64,000 nucleotides of DNA from Gammaproteobacteria bacterium (GCA_029862005.1 JAOTYD010000008.1:4472-68471); one strand, 5' to 3'; counted from the first letter of the stretch, positions 50,867 to 60,947 are shown. Notes: a model not told the origin generated them from the letters alone. Numbers and translations are program-made.

Positions 50867-52759
50867 ATGGCGGATAAGCGATTATCGGGCAAGCTCGCAG
50901 TGATTCTGCATGCGGATGTCGTGGGATCCACGATGCTGGTGCAACAGGATGAGCAAAAAGCTCACCAGCGCATCCAGGATTCTTTCCAGCGTTTCGGTAA
51001 AACCATTTCAAACTATCATGGCCAGGTTCGTGAACTCCGCGGCGATGCGCTACTGGCCGAGTTCGAACGTGCCTCGGATGCGATCTCCGCGGCGCTGTCT
51101 TTTCAATCAGACCAGGCGAATTACAACGCGCAACTCGATGACGATATCCGCCCACTGGTGCGGGTTGGGATCGCCATGGGTGAGGTCGTGATTGCCGATG
51201 ACACGATCACGGGTGCAGGTGTGGTGTTGGCACAAAGGCTGGAGCAATTGGCGGATCCCGGTGGGTTATGCATAACACCGGCAATCCGTGAAGCGATGCC
51301 GCGGCGCCTGCCGTTCGAGCTTGAGAATATCGGTGAACAGCAATTAAAGGGATTCGATGAGCCCATTGGCGTTTACCGGGTCGTATTGACCCCTGGGGCA
51401 GCGGTCCCATCTCCCGAGCCGGGCCGGAATAGTGACGCTGCGGTGGGCTCGCAAAAGCTCAGAATTGTGGCAACCGCAGTTGTACTGGCTGTTTTTGCTG
51501 CGGCTACCTATGGCTTTGTCACCTGGCAATCAAGGGAACCTGTCATTCCCGAATCCACAGATCAGATTTCATCCGAAAAACCCTCGATAGCGGTTTTACC
51601 TTTCGACAATATGAGCGGTGACCCTGAGCAGGAGTATTTCGCCGATGGAATTACCGAGGATCTGACCACCGATTTGTCGAGAATCTCGGGATTGTTCGTG
51701 GTTGCTCGTAATTCGGCTTTTTCCTACAAGGGCAGATCGGTCGACGTACGTACTGTCGCCCAGGAACTGGGCGTGCGTTATGTTCTCGAAGGCAGCATTC
51801 GACGCGCCGATAACCAGATTCGGATCAATGCGCAGCTGGTTGACGGATCCAATGGCGGTCATATCTGGGCCGAGCGTTTTGATGGCACTATGGCTGATGT
51901 GTTCGCCTTGCAGGACCAGGTCAACCGGAAGATTGTCGCCGCACTCGAGGTCAACTTGACCTCGGCAGATGAAAAAAGATTCGACCATGTCGAGACCAAA
52001 GTTCCGGAGGCTTATGACAGGTTGTTGCTCGGGATCGAGCAGTACAACACCTTTACCCCTGATGCTGTTGTCGAAGCCCGTGAGATTTTCAAACAAGCTG
52101 CGGCTCTCGATCCAAACTACGCGCGGGCCTATGCCAACATCGCGTTAACGCATGCGACAGAAGTCAATTTTTTCTGGTCGAAGGATCGTGAAGGATCCAT
52201 TCGGCTAGGGCTGGAGTTTGCGCGCAAGGCCCTGGAACTGGACGATACTATTCCACAGATATACCTGACGCGAAGCATTCTGTATCTGTCGCAGCGTCAA
52301 CACCAGACCGCGCTCGAGTCGGCCCAACGCACGATTGAGGTCCACCCGAATTATGTTGATGGATATGCAACGCTGGCGTTTATTTCGAGCTATTCGGGTA
52401 ACTTCGAAAAAGGGCTCGAAGCACTGGACCAAGCGATACGCATCAATCCGCAGGGCACCGGCGTTTATCTCGCCGTCAAAGGCCGCATTCTTTTTTTAAT
52501 GGAAAAATACGATGACGCCGTACCGGCACTCGAGGAAGCGCTTGATCGAAATCCGGGATTCGACCGGATTCATTTGCATCTCGCAGCAGTCTACGCTCAG
52601 CTCGGACGAATCGAGGACGCCGAATGGTCGGTGGAAGAGGCGCTCGCAATCAATCCGGATATCACGCTGGCGAAGGAACGCCGCGAGAGTATCTATCGGC
52701 GCGAAAGCGATCTTGAGCATTACGTGGATGCCTTGCGTAAGGCCGGGGTACCCGAGTGA
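50867..52759 (+). CDS. Class III adenylate/guanylate cyclase with a TM segment and C-terminal TPR domain
   Basis: N-terminal CHD domain (LAVILHADVVGST, RVGIAMGEVV), one TM helix, then TPR repeats. Confidence 0.75.
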   Translation: MADKRLSGKLAVILHADVVGSTMLVQQDEQKAHQRIQDSFQRFGKTISNYHGQVRELRGDALLAEFERASDAISAALSFQSDQANYNAQLDDDIRPLVRVGIAMGEVVIADDTITGAGVVLAQRLEQLADPGGLCITPAIREAMPRRLPFELENIGEQQLKGFDEPIGVYRVVLTPGAAVPSPEPGRNSDAAVGSQKLRIVATAVVLAVFAAATYGFVTWQSREPVIPESTDQISSEKPSIAVLPFDNMSGDPEQEYFADGITEDLTTDLSRISGLFVVARNSAFSYKGRSVDVRTVAQELGVRYVLEGSIRRADNQIRINAQLVDGSNGGHIWAERFDGTMADVFALQDQVNRKIVAALEVNLTSADEKRFDHVETKVPEAYDRLLLGIEQYNTFTPDAVVEAREIFKQAAALDPNYARAYANIALTHATEVNFFWSKDREGSIRLGLEFARKALELDDTIPQIYLTRSILYLSQRQHQTALESAQRTIEVHPNYVDGYATLAFISSYSGNFEKGLEALDQAIRINPQGTGVYLAVKGRILFLMEKYDDAVPALEEALDRNPGFDRIHLHLAAVYAQLGRIEDAEWSVEEALAINPDITLAKERRESIYRRESDLEHYVDALRKAGVPE

Positions 52760-52769
52760 AAATCTGCCG

Positions 52770-52814
52770 CCATCCCCGCGCCGAATCCCACGTTATCCCC
52801 GCTTGCGCGGGGTA
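52770..52814. repeat. REP-like hairpin, site E (ATCCCCGC-TTGC-GCGGGG), preceded by a second ATCCCCGCG copy
   Basis: Same stem sequence as site B. Lies between the convergent cyclase and moaD genes. Confidence 0.35.
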
Positions 52815-52820
52815 GACGGA

Positions 52821-53075
52821 TCAACCGCCGGTGACCGGGGGAAAGAAGGCGATTTCGTCGGTGTTGCTGATTTCTGCAGTCGGTTCGCTCATTTCCTGGT
52901 TGATTGCCACCAGTATTCGGGTGTCACCGTTAAACTCGCTATCAAAGGGCTCTCCACGTGCCCGCAATAGCGCAACCAGGTCGGCAACTGTCTTGCAATC
53001 CGCTGATAAATTTATTTCCTCTGATTTAATGCCCAGCGATTCGGCCAGTCGCGCAAAATAGAGAATATCAGCCAT
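52821..53075 (-). CDS. moaD: Molybdopterin synthase sulfur-carrier subunit MoaD
   Basis: 84 aa with a C-terminal Gly-Gly. Confidence 0.75.
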   Translation of the reverse strand: MADILYFARLAESLGIKSEEINLSADCKTVADLVALLRARGEPFDSEFNGDTRILVAINQEMSEPTAEISNTDEIAFFPPVTGG

Positions 53076-53080
53076 TACCC

Positions 53081-54349
53081 TTAAAGGGACCAGTCGAAGA
53101 ACTGGATATTGACTTCGTCACCGGCCTCGACGCCGTCGTTTTCATCGGGCAGTACGATAAAGCAGTTGGCGCGGCTCATCGACGTCAGGATACCGGATCC
53201 CTGTTTGCCGGTTTTGCTGACCTGCCATTCGTTATTGTCGTCCAGCATGGCGATACCGCGCTGGAACTCGTAGCGCCCCGGCTTCTTGCGCATCGCATCG
53301 AGTGCACGCGCGCGAAACAATGCCGGGCGTCTGGATTTGGCGCCGGCCAGAGCATCGATCGCGGGCACCACGAACTGGCTGAAGGTCACCATTACCGCGA
53401 CCGGGTTACCGGGTAAACCCATGAAAATGCTGGCGTCGATCTGGCCAAAGGTCAACGGTCGCCCCGGCTTGATCGCGATTTTCCAGAACTCGGTCGTACC
53501 GAGTTCTGACAGTGCCGGCCTGATGTAGTCGGCCTCCCCGACCGAAACACCACCGGTGCTGATGATCAAATCAGCCCGCTTCGATGCATTATCGAGCACT
53601 TCGCGCATGGCTGTGGGTTCATCCTTGACCACGCCGAGATCGATGATGTCGACTGCCATGGGCGATAGCATGCCGTGCAGGCTATAGCGATTACTGTCAT
53701 AAATCTTGCCCGGCTCGAGCTTTTCACCAATTGAGACCAGCTCGTCGCCGGTGGAGAAAAATGCGACTACGGGTTTGCGCTTGACCTGGAGTTGACCAAT
53801 GCCCAGCGATGCCAGCACGCCGATATCGGCCGGGCTGAGTCTGACGCCAGCGTCAATCACGATTTCACCGCGGGCAACGTCCTCGCCGGCCAGGCGGATA
53901 TTTTCACCGACCCGATGATCAGAATCGACCCGAATCCTGCCGGTTTCGGTAATTTCCACCTGCTCCTGCATGATCACCGCGTCGGTACCCTCGGGTACCA
54001 GTGCCCCGGTCATGATGCGCACGCATTGTCCTGGGCCACAGTCACCACTAAACGGGGTGCCCGCAAAAGCCGTGCCGACTTCTTCAAGCTCGGTAATTTC
54101 CCCTTTTGACAGGCTGTCGATGGCAACCGCAACCCCGTCCATTGCTGAATTAGGCAGCGGCGGAACGTCATGCGGGGACTTGACGGCTTCATTGTTTACG
54201 CGGTCAAGGCACTCACGAATCGGCAGGCGCTCGCAGGCGTGGACCGGTAGTACGCGTTCCTGGATTTTGTTTAACGCATCGCCGAGGCTGATCGATTCCG
54301 GGTCGAAGGGATCTGCACAGCTGGGCGCGGAAGAAATTTTGTTGCTCAT
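53081..54349 (-). CDS. moeA: Molybdopterin molybdenum/tungsten transferase MoeA
   Basis: MoeA N and C domains; ISTGGVSVGEADY motif. Confidence 0.85.
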   Translation of the reverse strand: MSNKISSAPSCADPFDPESISLGDALNKIQERVLPVHACERLPIRECLDRVNNEAVKSPHDVPPLPNSAMDGVAVAIDSLSKGEITELEEVGTAFAGTPFSGDCGPGQCVRIMTGALVPEGTDAVIMQEQVEITETGRIRVDSDHRVGENIRLAGEDVARGEIVIDAGVRLSPADIGVLASLGIGQLQVKRKPVVAFFSTGDELVSIGEKLEPGKIYDSNRYSLHGMLSPMAVDIIDLGVVKDEPTAMREVLDNASKRADLIISTGGVSVGEADYIRPALSELGTTEFWKIAIKPGRPLTFGQIDASIFMGLPGNPVAVMVTFSQFVVPAIDALAGAKSRRPALFRARALDAMRKKPGRYEFQRGIAMLDDNNEWQVSKTGKQGSGILTSMSRANCFIVLPDENDGVEAGDEVNIQFFDWSL

Positions 54350-54591
54350 GAAACGGAGTGTAGTCGCTTAGGAGCGTAATTGAGGCACAGACAGGGTAAA
54401 AATGGTAGGGGTAACACCATTTTTTTGTGGCTGCGGCCAATCCTTTTAGTAAAGTGGATTAAATTTAGGGCTTGGGGCTATAAAAGCAGCGGCGAGAGTG
54501 GTATTTTTACGCCTTGACCGAAAGCGTTCCAGCGGGATCAAAGAGCCGTGTTCCGGCGGGAATGACAATAACGACACAATCGGAGGATACA

Positions 54592-55071
54592 ATGCAGAAA
54601 TCCCTTAACATCGATCCCGGGAAGTGTACCGGCTGTCTCCAGTGCGAAATGGCCTGCTCCTACGAGCACACGGGGACCTTTAATCCATCTCGATCGTACA
54701 TCAAGGTATTCACTTTCCACCAGGAAGGGAGGTTTGCACCCTATACCTGCACCCAGTGCGATGAAGCCTGGTGTATGCGGGCCTGTCCGGTTGACGCCAT
54801 CAGCGTCGATATGGCCACCGGTGCCAAGGTAATCTCCGATGACAAGTGTGTCGGCTGCAAGGTCTGCACCATCGCCTGCCCGTTCGGTACCGTCAACTAC
54901 TCGCAAGCGACCGGCAAGGTCGTTAAATGCGACCTCTGTGGCGGTGACCCGCAGTGTGCGGCAGCCTGTCCTACCGGTGCGATCACCTATGTCGACGCAG
55001 ACTGGACCGGTTACGATCGCATGCTCGCCTCGGCAGCCAAGAGTCTGCCATCCGCCGAAGCAACCGCTTAA
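54592..55071 (+). CDS. aorA: Electron-transfer subunit with four [4Fe-4S] clusters (AorA-like)
   Basis: Four CxxCxxCxxxCP motifs. GGAGGA Shine-Dalgarno upstream of the start. Confidence 0.8.
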   Translation: MQKSLNIDPGKCTGCLQCEMACSYEHTGTFNPSRSYIKVFTFHQEGRFAPYTCTQCDEAWCMRACPVDAISVDMATGAKVISDDKCVGCKVCTIACPFGTVNYSQATGKVVKCDLCGGDPQCAAACPTGAITYVDADWTGYDRMLASAAKSLPSAEATA

Positions 55072-55089
55072 CAATGGGGGTAACGAATC

Positions 55090-56940
55090 ATGTCATGGAC
55101 AAGAAAAATCCTGAGGGTAGATCTCTCTAAAGGTACCTGTACTTCCGAACCGCTCAACATGGATTGGGCGAAACTATACCTGGGTCAGCGCGGACTGGCG
55201 TCAAAATACCTGACCGATGAAGTCGATCCGAAATGTGACGCACTCGGACCCGACAATAAACTGATCATGGCCACCGGTCCGCTGACCGGCACCATGGCTT
55301 CAACCGGTGGACGCTACTCCGTCATCTGCAAGAGCCCGCTGACCGGCGCTATCGCCTGCTCGAATTCTGGCGGTTTTTTCGGCGCGGAATTGAAATTTGC
55401 TGGCTGGGATATGATCATCTTCGAGGGCAAATCGGATAAGCCGGTCTACCTGCTGATCCAGGACGATAAGGCCGAGCTGCGCTCTGGAGACGGGATCTGG
55501 GGCAAGTCCGCCTGGGAAACCGATGATATCCTGCACCAGACCCACCAGGACCCGCAACTGCGAGTCGCCTGTGTCGGGCGTACTGCTGAACACGGTTGTC
55601 TTTATGCGGCGGTCATGAACGACAAGCACCGCGCTGCCGGACGCTCCGGTGTCGGTACCGTCATGGCTTCGAAAAACCTGAAGGCTGTCGCGGTACGCGG
55701 TACCGGTGGAATTGGTAACGTCCACGACGCCAAGGCCTTCATGGCGGCGACCAGTGACGGCAAGGCGATACTTGCCGAGAACGCGGTTACCGGCCAGGGA
55801 CTGCCGGCCTATGGCACCCAGGTGCTGATGAACGTCATCAACGGAGTAGGCGCCTTGCCGGCCCGCAATATGCGCGATGTCGGTTTCGAAGGCGCGGAGC
55901 ATATCTCTGCCGAGGCCATGGCCGAACCGCGCAAGAGCGACGGCAAGCCCAACCTGACCACGAATGGCGCCTGCTTCAGTTGCACCATCGCCTGTGGTCG
56001 CATCTCGACCGTCGATCCGACGCATTTTTCGGTCAAGGATAAACCGCAGTACCAGGGGGCATCCGGTGGTCTCGAGTACGAAGCCGCCTGGGCGCTGGGT
56101 GCCGATACCGGTGTCGATGACCTCGATGCGCTGACCTATGTGAATTTCCTTTGCAACGAGGATGGCATGGATCCGATTACCTACGGCGCAACCGTGGCCG
56201 CCGCGATGGAAATGTTCGAGGACGGGGTTATCACGACCAAGGAAACCGGGGGTATCGAACTCAAGTTCGGCGGCGCCGAGGCGTTTGTTGCGATTACCGA
56301 GCAATTTGTCACCGGCGAGGGATTTGCGAAAGACCTGGGATTAGGCTCGAAGCGACTGTGCGAAAAGTACAAGCGTCCGGAATTGTCGATGACGGTCAAG
56401 GGCCAGGAATTCCCAGCCTACGATCCGCGCGGTATCCAGGGCATCGGTCTCGCTTATGCCACTTCAAACCGGGGCGCCTGCCATCTCAGGGGTTACACCA
56501 TAGCCTCCGAAGTGCTGGGTATTCCGGTCAAGACCGAGATGAACGATACCGACGGCAAGGCCGAGCTGGTCAAGGCGTTCCAGGACGCGACCGCACTGGT
56601 CGATTCCGCTGGATTGTGCGTCTTCACGACTTTTGCCTGGGGCATGGATAATATCGCGCCGCAGATCGACGCGGCCTGTGAGGGCGACTGGAGCGTCGAA
56701 AACTGCCTCGAGACCGGTGAGCGCATCTGGAACATGGAGCGCCTGTTCAACGAGGCCGCCGGCTTTACCGCCGATGACGACACGTTGCCCAAGCGCCTGC
56801 TCAAGGAGATCATCAAGAGTGGCCCGACCGAGGGCCAGGTTAATCGCCTCGGTGAAATGCTGCCCAAGTACTACGAGGCCAGGGGCTGGACCGCCGACGG
56901 CAAGATCCCGGACGAAACCCGGCAACGTTTATCATTGTAA
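55090..56940 (+). CDS. aorB: Tungsten-containing aldehyde:ferredoxin oxidoreductase, catalytic subunit (AOR family)
   Basis: AOR_N start MSWTRKILRVDLSKG; full-length AFOR_N + AFOR_C at 616 aa. Confidence 0.9.
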   Translation: MSWTRKILRVDLSKGTCTSEPLNMDWAKLYLGQRGLASKYLTDEVDPKCDALGPDNKLIMATGPLTGTMASTGGRYSVICKSPLTGAIACSNSGGFFGAELKFAGWDMIIFEGKSDKPVYLLIQDDKAELRSGDGIWGKSAWETDDILHQTHQDPQLRVACVGRTAEHGCLYAAVMNDKHRAAGRSGVGTVMASKNLKAVAVRGTGGIGNVHDAKAFMAATSDGKAILAENAVTGQGLPAYGTQVLMNVINGVGALPARNMRDVGFEGAEHISAEAMAEPRKSDGKPNLTTNGACFSCTIACGRISTVDPTHFSVKDKPQYQGASGGLEYEAAWALGADTGVDDLDALTYVNFLCNEDGMDPITYGATVAAAMEMFEDGVITTKETGGIELKFGGAEAFVAITEQFVTGEGFAKDLGLGSKRLCEKYKRPELSMTVKGQEFPAYDPRGIQGIGLAYATSNRGACHLRGYTIASEVLGIPVKTEMNDTDGKAELVKAFQDATALVDSAGLCVFTTFAWGMDNIAPQIDAACEGDWSVENCLETGERIWNMERLFNEAAGFTADDDTLPKRLLKEIIKSGPTEGQVNRLGEMLPKYYEARGWTADGKIPDETRQRLSL

Positions 56941-56991
56941 CCTCGAACCCCTCGCCGCAAGGCGGGGGGTTTTTCCTTAAAGAGCACTGAC

Positions 56992-58242
56992 ATGCAACAT
57001 ATCATCATAGGTGCAGGGCCCGCGGGCGTGGTAGCAGCGGAAACCCTGCGTAAAACAGACCCTGAAGCACAAATCACGATTATCGGCGATGAGCCGGAAC
57101 CGCCGTACTCGCGCATGGCGATCCCGTATTATCTCATTAGAAATATCGATGAAACCGGAACCTACCTGCGTGATCCCGGGACGCATTTCGGCGCCCTGAA
57201 TATCGAAGTCGTGCAGCAGCGCGTCGACAAGATCGACGCCAAGGCGAAATCGGTAACACTGGCCGATGGTAGCTCACACGCTTACGACAAGCTATTGATT
57301 GCCACGGGTTCACATCCAATCAGTCCGCCGATACCGGGGCTCGATTTGCCGCAGGTACATTCCTGCTGGACACTCGAAGACGCGCGCAACATCGTCAAGC
57401 TGGCGCAGTCCGGGTCCAACGTGGTGCTCATCGGCGCCGGCTTTATCGGCTGTATTATCCTTGAGGCACTGGTCAAGTGCGACGTGCATCTTGCCGTGGT
57501 AGAAATGGGTAACCGCATGGTACCCCGCATGCTGGACGAAAAGGCCGGCGGATTGCTTGAATCCTGGTGCAAGAACCAGGGCATCGATGTGCATACCTCC
57601 TGCAGCGTTGACGGGATTGCCGAAGCCGGGGACGAGGTCGAAGTGTCGTTAAGCGATGGCAGCAAGCTGAGTGCCGCGCTGGTGATTACCGCGACCGGGG
57701 TCAAGGCGAATACCGACCTGGTGGAAGATACCGATATCAATATCGACCAGGGCATACTGGTGAACCGGCGCATGCAGACCAGTAATCCGGACGTCTACGC
57801 GGCGGGCGATGTTGCGCAAGGCGTAGATTTTTCTACCGGTAACTTCGAGGTACAGGCGATCCAGCCTACCGCGACCGATCACGGACGTATTGCCGCGCTC
57901 AACATGGCGGGACAGGGCGATGAACATCATGGTACGCTGAACATGAATGTCCTCGATACCGTGGGTTTGGTTTCGTGCTCGTTTGGTCTGTGGATGGGGG
58001 TTGATGGCGGTGAAAGCGCCGAGCTCTATAATCCCGACGAATTTCAGTATATCAACCTGCAGTTCGATGGCGATCACCTGGTTGGCGCCAGCAGCGTCGG
58101 CAAGACCCAGCACGTCGGTGTGCTGCGAGGATTGATCGAGTCGAAGATTCACCTGGGTGAATGGAAAGCCCGATTGATGCAGGATCCGACCGCGATCATG
58201 GAAGCCTATGTCGGCTGTACCCAGGAACTCGGGTATGCCTGA
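56992..58242 (+). CDS. aorC: FAD-containing NAD(P)-binding oxidoreductase subunit (AorC-like)
   Basis: IIGAGPAGVVAAETL and a second Rossmann fold (VVLIGAGFIGCI). Confidence 0.75.
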   Translation: MQHIIIGAGPAGVVAAETLRKTDPEAQITIIGDEPEPPYSRMAIPYYLIRNIDETGTYLRDPGTHFGALNIEVVQQRVDKIDAKAKSVTLADGSSHAYDKLLIATGSHPISPPIPGLDLPQVHSCWTLEDARNIVKLAQSGSNVVLIGAGFIGCIILEALVKCDVHLAVVEMGNRMVPRMLDEKAGGLLESWCKNQGIDVHTSCSVDGIAEAGDEVEVSLSDGSKLSAALVITATGVKANTDLVEDTDINIDQGILVNRRMQTSNPDVYAAGDVAQGVDFSTGNFEVQAIQPTATDHGRIAALNMAGQGDEHHGTLNMNVLDTVGLVSCSFGLWMGVDGGESAELYNPDEFQYINLQFDGDHLVGASSVGKTQHVGVLRGLIESKIHLGEWKARLMQDPTAIMEAYVGCTQELGYA

Positions 58243-58493
58243 TGCAGATCAGCATCGAGTTTTATGCATCGTTGATGAAATACCTGCCGCCGGGTAAGAG
58301 CCGTTTCAGACGCGAAATAAAGGTCGACCAGGGGCTCAAGCTCGCCCGCCTGATTGAACAGTTTCATATCTCGCCCGAGGAGGCACATCTGGTGCTCGTT
58401 AACGGGTTATTCGTCTGTGGCGAAGATCGCGCGGGGTGCGAACTGGTTGAAGGCGACGTCGTCTCGATCTGGCCGCCAGTTGCGGGTGGCTAG
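58242..58493 (+). CDS. MoaD/ThiS-like sulfur-carrier protein dedicated to the AOR cluster (AorD-like)
   Basis: 83 aa ending in GG. ATG overlaps the aorC stop (TGATG). Confidence 0.65.
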   Translation: MQISIEFYASLMKYLPPGKSRFRREIKVDQGLKLARLIEQFHISPEEAHLVLVNGLFVCGEDRAGCELVEGDVVSIWPPVAGG

Positions 58494-58498
58494 GCAAC

Positions 58499-58813
58499 GT
58501 GCCCGAGTCGACCGTGGTCGAATATGAAATGGGTTACGGCGCTGAAGAATTCGGCAATGTACTCAACGGGCCCTTCAGCGGAGACCAATCAGGATATCTC
58601 TGCAGGCAGATAGAAAGCCATCACTGGGCGCTCGAACAGCCGGGCGCGACATTTGATCTGACCATTAAAGCCATCGAGAAACCGCCGCGCAAACTCGGCC
58701 TGTTCAACCTGCCCGTGCTGGATGTACGTTTTACTTTTACCGATACCGAGACCCCTTTGCGCGATCAATTTTTCCATCGCTTTCACCAGTATTTTCACAA
58801 GGGTGGCGGATGA
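58499..58813 (+). CDS. Hypothetical protein, translationally coupled to moeB
   Basis: No recognisable motif. GTG start; its stop overlaps the moeB ATG (ATGA). Confidence 0.4.
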   Translation: MPESTVVEYEMGYGAEEFGNVLNGPFSGDQSGYLCRQIESHHWALEQPGATFDLTIKAIEKPPRKLGLFNLPVLDVRFTFTDTETPLRDQFFHRFHQYFHKGGG

Positions 58814-59553
58814 ACCCGGCGCAGAAAGATCGCTACGCGCGTCATATCCGCCTGTCGCAGATCGGCGAAAAGGGTCAGCAGGCGATCCTCGATGCGAGCG
58901 CACTGATTGTCGGCGTTGGCGGTCTCGGCTCCCCTGCAGCCATGTACCTGGCCGCGGCGGGCATCGGTAAGCTCATTCTGAGCGATTACGATGTCGTCGA
59001 AACCTCGAATCTGCAGCGCCAGATTATTCATAACAATGCTTCGGTGGGAGAAAACAAGGTCGATTCGGGTCGGCAAACCGTGCAGGCGTTGAATCCCGAC
59101 TGCAAAGTCGAAGTGATCGGCTATCAACTCGAAGGCGAAGAATTAAAGCAGGTCATCGAATCGGTCGATATCGTACTCGATTGCACCGACAATTACCCAA
59201 CCCGCTTCGAGATCAATCGCTATTGCGTCGAGACCGACACGCGCCTGGTAATCGGTGCGGCGATCAGGCTCGAGGGTCAGATCATGAATTACCAGCCGGA
59301 TGCCAACAGCTCTTGTTACCAGTGTCTGTACTCGCATGCCTACGGCGCCGAGGAATCCTGTGAGTTTGAAGGCGTACTGGGCCCGGTGGCTGGCCTCATC
59401 GGTACCCTACAGGCCGTGCAAACCCTGCTGATCCTGGCCGGTCAGGGTGAAGGATTGGTTAATCGGTTGTTACTGTTCGATGCCTTCGCGATGCAGTGGC
59501 AATCCGTAACCCTGCCCAAAAACCCGAACTGCCCGGTCTGCAGCAAGAATTGA
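58810..59553 (+). CDS. moeB: Molybdopterin-synthase adenylyltransferase MoeB/ThiF-family E1
   Basis: GVGGLGSPAAMYLAAAGIG nucleotide fold; CxxC ... CPVC zinc motif. Confidence 0.85.
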   Translation: MNPAQKDRYARHIRLSQIGEKGQQAILDASALIVGVGGLGSPAAMYLAAAGIGKLILSDYDVVETSNLQRQIIHNNASVGENKVDSGRQTVQALNPDCKVEVIGYQLEGEELKQVIESVDIVLDCTDNYPTRFEINRYCVETDTRLVIGAAIRLEGQIMNYQPDANSSCYQCLYSHAYGAEESCEFEGVLGPVAGLIGTLQAVQTLLILAGQGEGLVNRLLLFDAFAMQWQSVTLPKNPNCPVCSKN

Positions 59554-59578
59554 TCTTCACCGTTTCGCTTGCAGTTCG

Positions 59579-60112
59579 TTAGGTAGTTTCGGTTGTGGAA
59601 TAGAAATCCACGTAGATGAATTCTGCGATTGCATTGACATCGTTAATATCGAGCACCGGGATTTCAATCTCCGCGGGTGGGTTTGCATCGCAGGCCAGCG
59701 CGATCACGGATGCATCGTTCTGGTAAAGGAAAGGTTTGCCCAGGGTTTCGCGATGCAGTTCTATTTTCGGGAACTGGATGTCCTTGTAACCTTCAACCAG
59801 GATGATGTCGGCGCGCTCGGTATCGAGCATGTCGATGATTTCATGCAATTCCGGTTCATCGGCGGGTTCGTCGAACTCGGTGATGAGCGCCATGCGGGTG
59901 GTCGTGCAGATGACCGTCTGGTCGGCACCGGCCTTGCGCAATTCGTAGCTGTCCTTGCCCGGGAAGTCGAGTTCAAAGTGGTGGTGGGCATGCTTGATCA
60001 CCGAAATCCGCAATTCGCGCGCCTTGAGCAGCGGGATCAGTTGTCGCAACAGCGTGGTTTTGCCGGTTCCGCTGTAGGCGCTAAAGCCGAGAATGGGTAT
60101 CGAGGTGCTCAT
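59579..60112 (-). CDS. mobB: Molybdopterin-guanine dinucleotide biosynthesis adapter MobB
   Basis: Walker A GFSAYSGTGKTTLL. Start at MSTSIPIL overlaps the mobA stop. Confidence 0.8.
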   Translation of the reverse strand: MSTSIPILGFSAYSGTGKTTLLRQLIPLLKARELRISVIKHAHHHFELDFPGKDSYELRKAGADQTVICTTTRMALITEFDEPADEPELHEIIDMLDTERADIILVEGYKDIQFPKIELHRETLGKPFLYQNDASVIALACDANPPAEIEIPVLDINDVNAIAEFIYVDFYSTTETT

Positions 60113-60702
60113 TGCCGGGCCTGCAGCTGTTGCTGATCCGTGGGTGTGTTGATATTGCGAAACATGTCCGCGCAATCCGAGAAATCGGTTTGCACAAAGC
60201 CATGCGAAGCATACCAGCGGTCGATCTTGCGGTCGCCGCTATCGAGAAATTCGAGCAGGCTCGGCCGCAGATCAACCTTGATCAGCGCGTGCACCGGTTG
60301 CAGTCGCTTACCGTCGAAGGCGACGTGGATAGGGGCATTAGTTTGCTCGTGGCTCAGGATAAATCGAGCAACGTAGTCATTTACCAGCAGCGGGCTATCG
60401 CAGGGTAGCGTCACGATATAGTCGCTTGCAACCGCGGCCATGGCGCTGGCAAAGCCGGCCAGCGGACCCTGGTAATCCTCGAGCTGGTCACTGATGACCG
60501 GGTGGCCGAAATTTCGGTAACGATCGTGATTGCGATTTGCATTGATTATAATGTCAACCGACTGCTGTTCGAGATTGTCAATCAGAAGAGATACCAGCGG
60601 CTGACCATTGAACTCGATCAGGCCCTTGTCCTGACCGCCCATGCGCCTGCCCTGACCGCCGGCGAGAATCACCGCGGTGATGTCTCTGGTGCCTATGCTC
60701 AT
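60109..60702 (-). CDS. mobA: Molybdenum cofactor guanylyltransferase MobA
   Basis: AVILAGGQGRRMGG nucleotidyltransferase motif. Confidence 0.85.
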   Translation of the reverse strand: MSIGTRDITAVILAGGQGRRMGGQDKGLIEFNGQPLVSLLIDNLEQQSVDIIINANRNHDRYRNFGHPVISDQLEDYQGPLAGFASAMAAVASDYIVTLPCDSPLLVNDYVARFILSHEQTNAPIHVAFDGKRLQPVHALIKVDLRPSLLEFLDSGDRKIDRWYASHGFVQTDFSDCADMFRNINTPTDQQQLQARQ

Positions 60703-60947
60703 CGCATTTTGGACTGACGTACCGAATCCAGTTCAACCACTGTAGAAATGGAGATTGCTGTTTCCTCGCCAGTTACCGGAAAATTCATGATCAGAAAAGG
60801 CCTGGTGCGTAAAATGGGGTTTGTCCTGCTGTGTTTGAAATCGAGCTGCAGTGTACCAATCCGCGTCGGGTTGCGTCGAATTTTCGTTGGGGTGGTCAGG
60901 TAAAACGGTTAAACTGCCAGCTCCAGCTTAATCAATACGAGGTAGTA

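Noticed and set aside
55300-56304. A 334-aa ORF antisense to the AOR gene. Many similar long antisense ORFs occur elsewhere, for example 18669-19319, 17760-18611, 57649-58152 and 24675-25253.
   Set aside because: These are shadow ORFs typical of high-GC coding DNA. They lie wholly inside well-supported genes on the other strand and have low-complexity Arg/Gly/Ala-rich translations.
60831-60947. The upstream part of the 105-aa ORF before the small hypothetical gene.
   Set aside because: The N-terminal 39 residues (Cys/Arg/Trp-rich) look non-coding. An internal ATG at 60948 gives a compact 66-aa protein.
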